In this document: in pieces, positions 37,151-47,858 of the stretch
How the letters are laid out: every line of letters starts with the position of its first letter
How positions within the stretch are numbered: position 1 is the stretch's first letter
Origin: Marsupella aquatica
Taxonomy: Eukaryota > Plantae > Marchantiophyta
Direction: 5' to 3'
Assembly (NCBI GenBank): GCA_973895155.1
Contig: OZ316893.1
Coordinates: 13,842,359-13,906,358, forward strand
DNA: 64,000 nt
The notes under the pieces: model-generated
The model's database searches: none
What the model saw: only the letters and a program-made list of their open reading frames with translations
What the model was told of the DNA's origin: nothing
Position numbers and translations under genes: made by a program

Positions 37151-37861
37151 ATACAGAGGTTTACACCTCTAGTACGTACATGTCATCTCATTTGCTTTTT
37201 CTTGGCACTTGTAAATGTCATGAGACTTTTTCTATGCATGTTGGTTGCTAGCGGCTTGCACATATGCATTGTCGGTGACTTGTATGTTTTCGATGCACTA
37301 TGGTTATGATACTATATGTCATGACAGCTATCATGCTGAGGGACAGCGCCTCCTATGCACATTGGCATGTCTCTTGCATGCCCGCTAGGTATGTAGTTAG
37401 GGCCACTGCTTGAGTACTAGCAACATGTTCTTATAGCAAATTCAAGGCATTTTTGAAGCAAACGTGCTTGTTAGTGTGACGCCAAGACTTTGCTTACTTA
37501 GGGCATGTCTTTCTTTGTTGGTTTTCAGTTTTTCTTGAATCGCTGACATTGACAGAGCTCAAATAGTGCTCGTTGATTCTGTACACATGATTCACACAAT
37601 AATTTGTTAGATGCTCTCAACCGATCTTGGTATCCCGCAGGTTTTTAATTCAATTTCAGTACGCTTGTTTCTCTTACGCCTTTTATATAGAGAGGTTTAC
37701 ACCTCCACTACGTACATATCACCTCATTTGCTTTTTCTTGGCACTTGTAAATATGATGGGACTTTTCTATGCATGTTGGTTGCTAGCGGCTTGCACATAT
37801 GCATTGCCGATGATTTTTATTTGTTTGATGCACTATGGTTATGATATTATATGTCACGACA
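37151..37861 (+). repeat. Split direct repeat block B1 (37151-37326) - GC - A2 (37329-37684) - B2 (37685-37861)
   Basis: Direct comparison with 9534-9892 and 23375-23550; preceded by G7 at 37144-37150. Confidence 0.9.
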
Positions 37862-40800
37862 AACTTCTAATATTGCCACTTTCACATCCATGACTTTGCA
37901 TAAGGCCGGTGCCATGCTCTCTACTTTGGCTACAGTGGCCCGTGGAAGTGTGTTGACTCTTGACCCGAAAGGCAGCCGACATCTTCCCCTTGCCCGTTAG
38001 TTTTGGCAAGGGTAAGGCTACCTCAGTCTTTTGGCCAGTATCACACCTGACAACCTTGTTGTCGCCACCAGGGTCTACTTGGTGTAGCTGGGCGCTTCAT
38101 TTCCTCGGCTAGTTTCTTTAGCCGCCCCATTTGATTGTCTGCCCGCCGCTGCAAGTTCTCTGCCTTCTGCGTGGTGTCCTTGAACTCCTCTTGAGTCTTG
38201 TCCAACTCCCCCCAGATGTCTTTGAACTCCTTTTGCAAGGCCTCCCTCTCATCCTGGGCTTCCCTCAGCTCCTTGTTGAGCTCATGAACAACATCAAACC
38301 CCATCTTATTCATCTTTTTGTATGCTTGATTGAGCATGTCGTCCTTCCTATGCAGGTCGGCTTGAAAATTGGCCGATTGGGTCGCGAGCTCCTCCTTTAG
38401 CTGATCAATGCCCGCATATGTTTTATCAAACTTGGCATTCTTCTGATGATAGGCTTTGTAAAGATCATCCTGGTTCCCCTTCAGTGCCCTCTCCACCCTC
38501 TGGGTATCTACCATGGCCCTATTGTAGATTGCTATCAATGTTGGCCTGCTCCGCTTCCTTCAGCTCTTGTATCCTTGGGTCTAGGTGAGTTTACTCTTGA
38601 TTAACTGGTTGTTAGCCTTAGCTATATCCAGCTGCCCTTGCATGATGCTCAACTCATGCTTTCGAACCGGCATCTCGTCTTGAGTTTGCTTGGCTGCCCT
38701 TAGGTGTACTATCTTGGCTTCCTTCTCTCTAAGCCACCGGATGACCTCTTCCTTCTTCATCCTCTCCAAAGCCACCGCTTCCTCCAAACAACTTTTATCC
38801 GACACCCCCCTTTGGATAAATGGTCCCATCTCCAACTCTTCCCCAAAGATGCCCAGGGCAAGTAATCCGCACATCTTCCGGTACTCATGGCTCAGCAACA
38901 TGAGTACGTGGAGTGGTTTGGCAACACCGGGATCTCCCATTGCGGCCTTTGTTCCCATGCCTCCCGCCTAACCTCTTCAAAAGTGGGCATTGGATTGGCT
39001 TGCTTTTTTGCAAGCCGCCTCGCAAGCCGCTGGATGTCTTTTGGCCATCCTCCCCCTAGTAAGTCCTTCTCCTTGTTCAGGGTTTCTTTTGCCAGATCTC
39101 TGAGTTGCTCCTACAACTCTTGCAAGACTTGCTTCATCCCATCGCAATTCAAAGGAGAGACGTCTGGTGGGGGAGACTCAGGGATCCTTTGCTGCTTTGG
39201 GTCCCCACAAACCACTCCCAAAAGTGTGGGGATGAATCGGCCAAAGCTCCTAACCCCTGGTACAGGCCGATCCTCTTCATAGCCAAAGTCCTCATCATCG
39301 TAGTCCTCCACACCTACCCTTGGACTTTCCTCCTGGTCTTCTTCTTGACTGGTTGCAAATGTGGCCTCCTGCTAGAAAGAGCGCACGGTTATCGGTTTCG
39401 GCTTTGACTCCCATACTCGCTTCTCCCTCTCTTCATTGGGACTGGGAATCTCGGACTCTCGTTCCTTGGGTGCCGGCCTTGAACCCCCACATACATCCGC
39501 ACTCCCTAGTCCTGCTCTGATCTCCTTCCTTTTGTGGCCTTGGGCAAAGGGATATGGCCTTGTTAATCTTCTTGGGCCTGCTTCTTGAACAGTGCCCTGT
39601 ACCGGTGCTTGTATCGCAACTGCCGGCTTCTCTTTCGGCAGCATCTGCAAAATGTTTTGCATGGCTGGTTGCTGCCTTGGCATGGGTGCCGGCCTCAGCA
39701 TGAAGAGCCTAATTGATTGTAGGGCTATTGGGCGGTTTGGGCTTCCTCTTTGCTGGCCTCTCTTCCAACTCCTGTTCTGGTGCCCTTGCCTGCAAGGAAA
39801 GTACCGGCACAACAATGACATATGATAGCCAAGCTGGGACACGCTCCCCTGGCCTATCACTTGTTGTTCCTCCTTCAAGATGATCTTCAATTGGGTGAGG
39901 AGGTACCCGTTGTAGTCCCGACTTGGGTTTGGTCTCTCTGCAAGGTAGACCTGTGTTTTGCCGATCTTTGGCCTTGCCAAATTGCAATGCATGGTCACCC
40001 GCAGGAAATCAATAATTTCTCCTATATGTGGGTTGGTGTAGGTGTTCCAAAAGAAGCTATTCTTCATTGATGGCCCAGAGACCAATCTGAGCTCCTTATC
40101 CAACAAGTTATTTCGGGAGTCCACCTTGGTCTTATTGCCTATTGGCAAGCCAAATACCTTAGCAATCACCTTGGGAGTGAGATAGAATACCCTCCTATAA
40201 ACCTTGGTTGCGTTTGAATCATGATCCCATGATCCCACAAATTTCAGCAAGTCTAATTTTTGCACCTTCGGCTTCAACCAAGGCAATCTAATGAAGGTTT
40301 CCAAGCCGGATTTGGCCATAAAGCCTTAGTACTTCCGGGATTGCATGGCCGTAAAACATGCATCCTTGTCTCATGCAAAATATAGCTGCACCTCCTTTGG
40401 CAGGACCGTCACCCAGCCCTTCCATGTGTCATCTCTCGTGGGGATGGCACGGGGGATGGCATTGAATGGATCAACCTCCGGTTCTCCAACCCCCTAGCTT
40501 CTGCCTCTTTCTTCCCTTCTTGGCAGGCTTTCTAGGTGTCGCCGACCTAGTTCTCTTTGCTGCCAGGGTAGCTTCTTCGTTGATGGGTGCCTTCCTTTTC
40601 ATGGTGGCTGCTCCTAATGACTCAGGGGATGACTGCCCCAACATAATTATTGCTTTTGTCCATGCCACTGTGCTATCCTTTAGGTCCCAATGCTTGTCGT
40701 TACAATGGTTGATGGCCTAATGGATGCCGACTATTTTGTTCTTATGGAACAGGAGATCATCAAGCTGATCGACATAGGGCTTGGGTTCCATGGTTACACT

Positions 40801-41611
40801 TAATTTAAGTTTTTTCCTTTTTCCTCCTTATACTAATGTGTTTTAGTGTACACTACCCATGTTTACCCTTTTAAATGGTCTAATGATTCCTGGCTAGGCA
40901 TCACATGTAATAAGCATTTTAATTCCTTTTGTTGTCTCAAGGGTTCACCGGAGTGAACATGATTGTTGTAATTACATGAAGGAGCTGGAGAGTTACTTAC
41001 GCTTTGGTTACATTGTGTTGGCACTGTATGTGGATAACATGATGATCCCAAGTGAGAATAAGTCTAATGTTGCTCATCTAAAAGCAATGTTGAGTAAGGA
41101 GTTTTCAATGAAGGACTTGAGTTAGGCCAAGAAAATTCCAGGGATGAAAATTCATCTTAACACGGAGCAGAGGCAATTATAGTTGTCTCTGAGATAATCT
41201 TTGGAGAAGGTATGTACTTGCCAAGTATGAAATGGAGAATGCAAAACAAGTTGGTACTCCATTGGCTTCCCACTTTAAACTCTCAAAGATTGATTGCCCT
41301 TCTAGTGAGAGTGATAGATACCCAATTAAATTGGCTCCCTATGATAGTGTTGTGGATAGTTTGATATATGCAATGAGATGCGCTGGACCTAATAATGCCC
41401 ATGAAATTAGCATTTTGAGCAGATTTATGGCAAACCTTGGTTAGCTTGAGTGGGAAGCAATGAAAATGGGTTTTGCGGTGTCTCAAAGGTACATAGGATT
41501 GTGGGATTTTATTTTATGGTGAAGCAGACTCTATTCTAGAGTTAGGAGGTTATATAGATTCAGATTATATTGGTAACTTGGATAAAAAAAAAGTCTACTA
41601 CACACTATGTG

Positions 41612-44600
41612 TGTTGAGAGCATAGACGACACTTGCAACGGTAAGCACATGACACATCCAACGCGCAAGTAGTCGACACAAGAGATACGTGGTTAACCTC
41701 CTCAAGGCTACGTCCACGGGAACACACAAGACAACTTTACTTAACTCTAAGCCCGTCGGCTAAACCAAGTCTCCATAGTGTAAGCTCTCCTCATCTCTCA
41801 AGTGGCTCTGTAACAATGAGCCTAAGTTCCACTTATACAAGCAAACAACGCTTGGCATATAGTATGCATCCTAGTTAACCTAACCACGTCTCCAACTATG
41901 GTTAGCCTAACTATGGTTGCATATCGTAACCCTAGACCTTGAGTAAATACCTAACAATCTCCCCTCTGACTCTGGTCTAGGGGAGGGTAATACTGCTAAC
42001 CTATATGATTCCTCAGCGGGAAGTTCTGGACGAAAACCAAAATGGTTTCCCCTCTCTAATTAGAGAAAATCAGAACTAAGCTGTAGCCTATTAATAGGAG
42101 TGAAGAAGAGCATATATCAGTAATTACAGCAAATGTCAAGAAAACACCTACTTGTGATGCAATTGCAAACCCTATAGCACATCACGATGTCTAGAGAGAC
42201 TTTCCAAATGAATCACTTTGGTAAATGCGTCAGCTGGATTGAGTTTACTGTCTATCTTGACTAGCTCAACAAATTATCAGACACAGCCTGCCTAATAAAA
42301 TGGTACATTGATGTCTATGTGCTTCACTCTACATTTCAATGATAAGTCTATCCAACCAAATTGCTTCCTTCGTTGCTTCCGCTGTTGCAACATACTCCGC
42401 TTCTGTAGTAGACTGAGAAATACACTTCTGCAAAGTAGACCTCCAACTTATGCATCCATTGCCAAGTGTGAACACGTACCCTATTTTTGCTCTCCTAGAT
42501 GAGGTGCATAGGGCATACTCTTGGCTTCATAAATATACTCATCATTGAGTAAATCAACTTCTCCATCAACACTAGCCACATTGGTTGATGAAGATTTAGC
42601 TACTTTATCCTTACAATCCCTCTTAACATGACCAACCTTGTGACACTTCCAGCAGACTACTGGCTTTCTCTCTTGGGACTTCCTCCTTGAAGCAAATCTT
42701 GTTCTAGATTTACTTTGTCCCTTGCCATTCATGCTTTGCTTTCTCCCAATGGTTGTGAGAATCCCATGTTGAGAATCCTTGAAATGTGAATTATGGGATT
42801 ATCACATTCAAGGCAACACCAGATGACGATGCTATTTGGGCTTGACCCAATTTCTTCTATGCATCATCTGACAGCAAAGAGCTTACCACCTCATCGTATG
42901 AAATAGATTTCAGGTCTCTATACAAGAGAACCTGCTTCAAATCCTGATAAGATGAGGGTAAGGAGATGAGAAGAAGCAAGGCCTTGTCCTCTTCTTCAAC
43001 GCCCTTATCGAGATTAGACAAATCAATAGCTAGGCTGTCAAATTCATCCAAGTGATCCCGAAGTCTGTTCCCCTCTGTGAGCCTAAGGCTCATCAAGAGA
43101 GATTTCTTGTACAATCGGTCTGATGCATCCTCCTAATAGTACTTCTCCCTTAGGGCTTTGAATAGAGATGCATAATCCGTGTAGTCATCCAACTTCTTGA
43201 TGATATGGGACTTCAAATAAAGCATCAATGCATTCACTATAATTACTTGTTCTTGCCTCCACCTCTTTTGTAGAATCTCCTCCTCATCATCATACATCTC
43301 TCGCGTAGAGAGAAGATGATCTAGGCCCAAAGCACAAAGAACTCCTTTCACTTCCTTCTCCCAGAGCAAGTAGTCTGTACGCCCATCATACTTTTCCACC
43401 TCAAACTTGACATCTTCAAACCTGGATGCCATCTTTTTTTCCTTTAGAACCCCCTCTACTCGCTGGACCGGTGACGTAAAACTTATTCACTTTTTGGTCG
43501 GGGTTGGTAAAACTCGGAATTCTCTCCCATTTTGACTGTAGTATCACACTAGGGATATAAATAAACATTTAAGATCCAAAACTCGGTATTCGTTCCCATG
43601 GAAGAACATGTAAGGAATGATTTTCTATGATTTAGCACTTATGAATGACTTAAGTAACAAAAACATAAAGGTTGAGCCTTTTACTATGGTTGCTCAGCAA
43701 GGCATAGTTTTGAATGTTTGCTTAATATTGTAAATAAAATTAACAAATGGAAATAATTAATAAAACACAATGAAAATCTTGAGGCATGGTGAGGGAGTTA
43801 GGAAATAACCAAGGTTACTCCTCAACATAACTTCATTTGATATGATTTAGGTGGTATATCCACAAGAACATTTCTGGAAAGGATTACGGTACTAGGATGA
43901 TTACTAAAAATGCCGTCAATATGTCTCAACTTTTCCTTCCAAGGTACTGAGTGAAGACTAGTAATCAATCACTTTAGTATCCAATCGGTACTTTGTGTCA
44001 CAAATAAGAGACACCATCATGATCAAATTTGAAGCCATAAGTAATTGGTAAGTAACAATCTTTGCATCCCGTGCACAAACAATGTCACATCAAAAACTAT
44101 GCATCAAGAACTAAGGAATATGTGAAACATCACCAACAAGGAATCTATTTCCACATACTCAAAAGATTTAACAATCACAATAATTTTACTTCAAGGGTCC
44201 AAACTTCTCATTCATTTAGACTTGAAGGGGAAATAATTCCTTTGTATTAAGTACTCATATGCAATGGAGTGTTTGTTACAAATGGAGGTAACAAAGTTGC
44301 AATCTTGCAACCGAGCGCTCATGAAATTTCTTCACACAAAAAGTGACATAAAGTCTACTACATATAGGCTAGTAGGAACTAAAGGGAAAAAAGATAATGA
44401 AAGGACATGCCCTTTCATATCTTAAGGGTCATAAACTAAAGTAAAAAATATGAAAATATGTCACAGGAGTACTCAAGGTTCACTAGAATGTTCCTGGAAT
44501 AAAAAACTAACCAAAAGTTATCCCTAGTGTAAACTGGAGTAAAAGTGTTTTTGCACTTTTGTTGTAAAACTAACAAATAACAAAGTTGTCTGAATTTTAA

Positions 44601-47175
44601 TTTCTAACATAAAGCTCAAAATGAGGTGAAACTTTTCTAGGTGGAAGATTTACATACATGCTACATGCTGGCAAACTTTCAGACTTTTCTGAGGTGTCTA
44701 AGTGCCTTAATAAAATCGGTGAAAAGTGCTGTCAAAAATAAAATACATATTTCCGGAAAATTTTCTAAGTGTCGGAAGCGCCGTTGTGCCTTTGCGCTTT
44801 GGAGCACTAGCGCCGTAGCGCCTTTGCGCAAAAACGCTTTAAGCAAAATTAAAAATGTTATAACTTCTAAACTACATGTAGGTTTAAGTTGATACTTTCA
44901 GGGCATGGTCTGCCAGATAAGGGCTATCTCTGAAAAAGTATGAGAATTTTCTAACTACTTTAATTATTTAATTAAAATTGCAGAGATCGGCTAATCTTAA
45001 TTATTGTCGTAGGAGAACTAATCTTGTTGGAGTAGTGCTGTCTGATCTGGTTGCTGAACTCTTGTGTAGGTATTCTCTTGCATAGCTTCTTGAATTACAT
45101 CCATGTCTTGAGTGTGATGCCGATAGAAAGGTAAAGACTTCCGCTCTCGTTCAATATCTAGAACAGGAAGTAGTCTCCGATGTAGCATGACATTAGGTAA
45201 AGTGTTCAGTTGATCTAAATTGCTACAAAAAGTAACTATATTGCACCATTGACTTAGAAAAAGTTCAAAGGTTATAATTTGTATATCATTTCTAACTAAT
45301 GTATTGTATTACATTGACCACCTCAGGGAATAACCAAAATGCAAACTAGTACCCAATGTTGGAAACACAATTTGATTGGTGCACCGCGTGGCCAACTCTG
45401 ATGGCTACCTCCTTACCAAAGATGAACATAAAAAGTTACCATTCGGCGGATGGAATCTTTGATGGATGGCCAAAAACACGCTCTCTACTTTTGGGAAATA
45501 TTCCCGCACAGAGGAGCAGGGCTCCAAGGGGCCGTTCCCCCTGTCCAAGTGGTTAAAGTGGAGGGCGGCAGGTCCCGAGATGCGACAACCAATGAGGAAA
45601 GAGGGAAAACATTAAAAAATGGGGCCTAAAGGGGGTTTAAAGCCCCTTTTGGAAAAAACAGGGTGTATGGGGCCGGGGTGGAAGATGAGCGCGTAGGCGG
45701 GGAGGGCGTACAATCGGGCCAGGTCAGGAATACCAAGCAGTCGCCGCGGCTACGGGCTGCCGAGGAGATGGGCTGGGGTGCGGAAGTTGCTGCAGCGACT
45801 AATGGGAGCCGGAGGGTGGCCGGCCGGCCATGGGGGGCGTGCACACGGGGGAGGGCAAGGCGAGAGGGTAGGAGTGCCGATTGACGCCGCGCTGTGGGGT
45901 CACGACGGGGAGGGGGGATGACGTACGTAGGGAGGGTGAGGTGCGTTTATTGTGGAATGACCCCCAAAAGCACAAAGGAATTAACCACCAAAGAAGTCAA
46001 ATTCACACTCGTCACCGACAAGGGCGCCAAAGAAATTTCTTTGCAATGTGCGATGGAGGTCTAGAGAGAGAGACAAAGTCGTAAATGGAGTATTTTTTGA
46101 GAAAAAATTGGCTAGTAAGAAATCCAAAAATGCTTGTGGAAATCAAACAAAAAAAGCTTGCACCTTGTAACATTTGGATTACGGTGAGGAATCAGAAGCC
46201 AATGTCGGTGAGTTGGAATGATTTGTGCACCCGCACCATTTGCTAGTCAATCAGTGGCAAAAGCTCAGAACTCCTTCCTCCCATGGGCAAAACCGTCAAT
46301 CTTGGACTCAAAACAATCACTTCTTCGTGATCTCTTCGTTCAGCCCAAGCACTTCACGTCTCTCCCTTCAAGTCAAGCATAACAACGAGAAATCATGCTC
46401 AGGCAAAAGAAGACTCCATAGCCGGCCAGAAAAGCAGAACTCGGTACTCACTTGGTAACAAAATAACTACCAAAACAACCAGCTCATCCCAATCTACAAG
46501 CAGAGCTATAGTATGCGACGCCTCATGCACCACAAAGCTCACACCTTCAAAAAAATGAACTCTGGTCCCTCCTTCAAAAAAACGGTCAAACACGAATGTT
46601 GCCAACTTTCTTCACAAAATCCAGAACGATAATAACTTAGATCTCTCTGCACCACAAACTCCGTTCAGCAATTTATTTGCACCGTTAGAAAGCCCTTGCC
46701 CCGATCTATCCGTTGAGCCCATAAACTCCAAGTTCCATGTGACGGAATTCCGGGAAATCCACCAACACTCAACGTTGGAAAAAACCGTCATGAACAATGT
46801 CACCTCCCACGCATGCTTTGATACCAATTGTTGAGTATAGACAACACTCGCAATGGTAAGCACATGACACATCCAATGCGCAAGTAGTCGACACAAGAGA
46901 TACATGGTTCACCTCCTCGAGGCTACGTCTACGAGAACACACAAAAAAGCTTAGTTTACTGAACTCTAAGCCCGTCGGCTAAACCAAGTCTCCACAGGGT
47001 AAGCTCTCCTCATCTCTCAAGTGGCTCCGTAACAATGAGCCTAAGTTCCACTTATCCTAGCAAATAGCCTTTGGCATATAGTGTTCATCCTAGTCAATCC
47101 AACCACGTCTCCGACTATGGTTAGCCTAACTACGGTTACATGTCGTAACCCTAGACCTTGAGTAAATACCTAACA
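41612..47175 (-). mobile_element. Ty1/Copia C2 with both LTRs, gag retained and nearly all pol deleted
   Basis: LTRs 41612-41956 and 46829-47175 (TGTTGAG..CCTAACA); TSD ATGTG. PBS TGGTATCAAAGC (tRNA-iMet type, 46815-46826, minus). PPT AGAGGGGGAGAT next to 41957. Confidence 0.92.
42500..43432 (-). pseudogene. gag: Copia gag (UBN2-type) with zinc knuckle
   Basis: KFEVEKYDGRTDYLLW, EEEDKALLLLISLPSSY, CWKCHKVGHVKRDC; internal stops. Followed directly by an RNase H tail (KHIDI..VKIDSKLNPADAFTK, ~42215-42325). Confidence 0.85.
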
Positions 47176-47401
47176 ATGTGTTCATGTTGGGTGGAGGTTA
47201 TATCAGCTAGAAGTCAACAACTCAATCCTGTATTGCGTTGTCTACTACTGAGACTCAGTACATGGTTGCCTCACAAGCAACCAAGGAATTGATCTGGCTA
47301 TGATGATTGGTGAGTGATCTGGTCTTTCACCCAAAGACCGGTGATGTTATGTGACAATCAAAGTACATTGCATTTGGCTAAGAGACACGTGTTCCATGTT
47401 T

Positions 47402-47858
47402 GGACTGGCCAGTGCCTAAGTTGCACTAGAGTACTCTCTGTAGGACCTTCTCCACCAATTTGTGCATACTTATGGATTTTGAGGAGGATCTTAAGCAGTT
47501 GGAGGATAGAAAACCCAAATGGTTTCAAGAAGCTATATGAGAATGAAGTGGATCCAACATGGCTACCATTTGCTCAACTACAATTCAATTAACTCAAGTC
47601 AAGGGCGGGGTCAAGGGCAATGGATTTTGAATGCAATAAAGGATTGGCTAATGCCTAAGTTGCACTAGAATACTCTATGCAAGACCTTCTCCACCAATAT
47701 GTGCATACATATGGATTTTTAGCAACGCCTTAGGCAGTTGGAGGACAGAAAAACCAAATGGTTTCAGGAAGCCATGAGAATGAAGTGGATCCAACATGGC
47801 TACCATTGTGCTCAACTACAATTCAATTCACTCAAGTGAAGGGCAGTGGATTTTGAAT
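47402..47858. repeat. Tandem duplication with ~239-bp period
   Basis: Units start at 47402 and 47641 (TGCCTAAGTTGCACTAGA...GAATGAAGTGGATCCAACATGGCTACCATT). Confidence 0.85.

Larger units (their letters stand above)
27921..37861 (+). mobile_element. Element A copy 2 (decayed; PBS, gag and PR deleted), with A-internal-B-A-B termini
   Basis: Starts TGTGATGTCGAGGGA and ends TGTCACGACA; flanks GACT / AACT (3 of 4 match). Segment A jumps into mid-DNMT at ~32985. DNMT, RT, RH, IN and PHD remnants run to 37111. Confidence 0.9.
26633..40905 (-). mobile_element. Element B copy 2 (decayed), interrupted by element A copy 2
   Basis: Ends match the reverse complement of copy 1 (TGTGTTCCGTCCCA.. / ..CTAGGCATCACA). 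Perfect 5-bp TSD TGTAA (26628-26632 / 40906-40910). ORF fragments 38041-40668 (-) align with the 1212-aa ORF. Confidence 0.9.
25720..47400 (+). mobile_element. Decayed Ty1/Copia (C1) pol remnant hosting the nest; pieces at 25720-26632, 40911-41611 and 47181-47400
   Basis: KLDPKSKKCIF (integrase C-terminus), WMEAILKEMNSL, YGLK*SP, ALYVDNMM, MKDL, GYIDSDY, KSTTHYV|FMLGGG..IALSTTE, LCDNQS. LTRs not identified. Confidence 0.8.

Noticed and set aside
37329-37861. A2+B2 block read as an ordinary 3' LTR or solo LTR
   Set aside because: It has T(G/A)..CA ends, but the PPT-like G7 precedes B1 rather than this block. It has no TSD of its own, and neither element copy has A+B at its 5' end.
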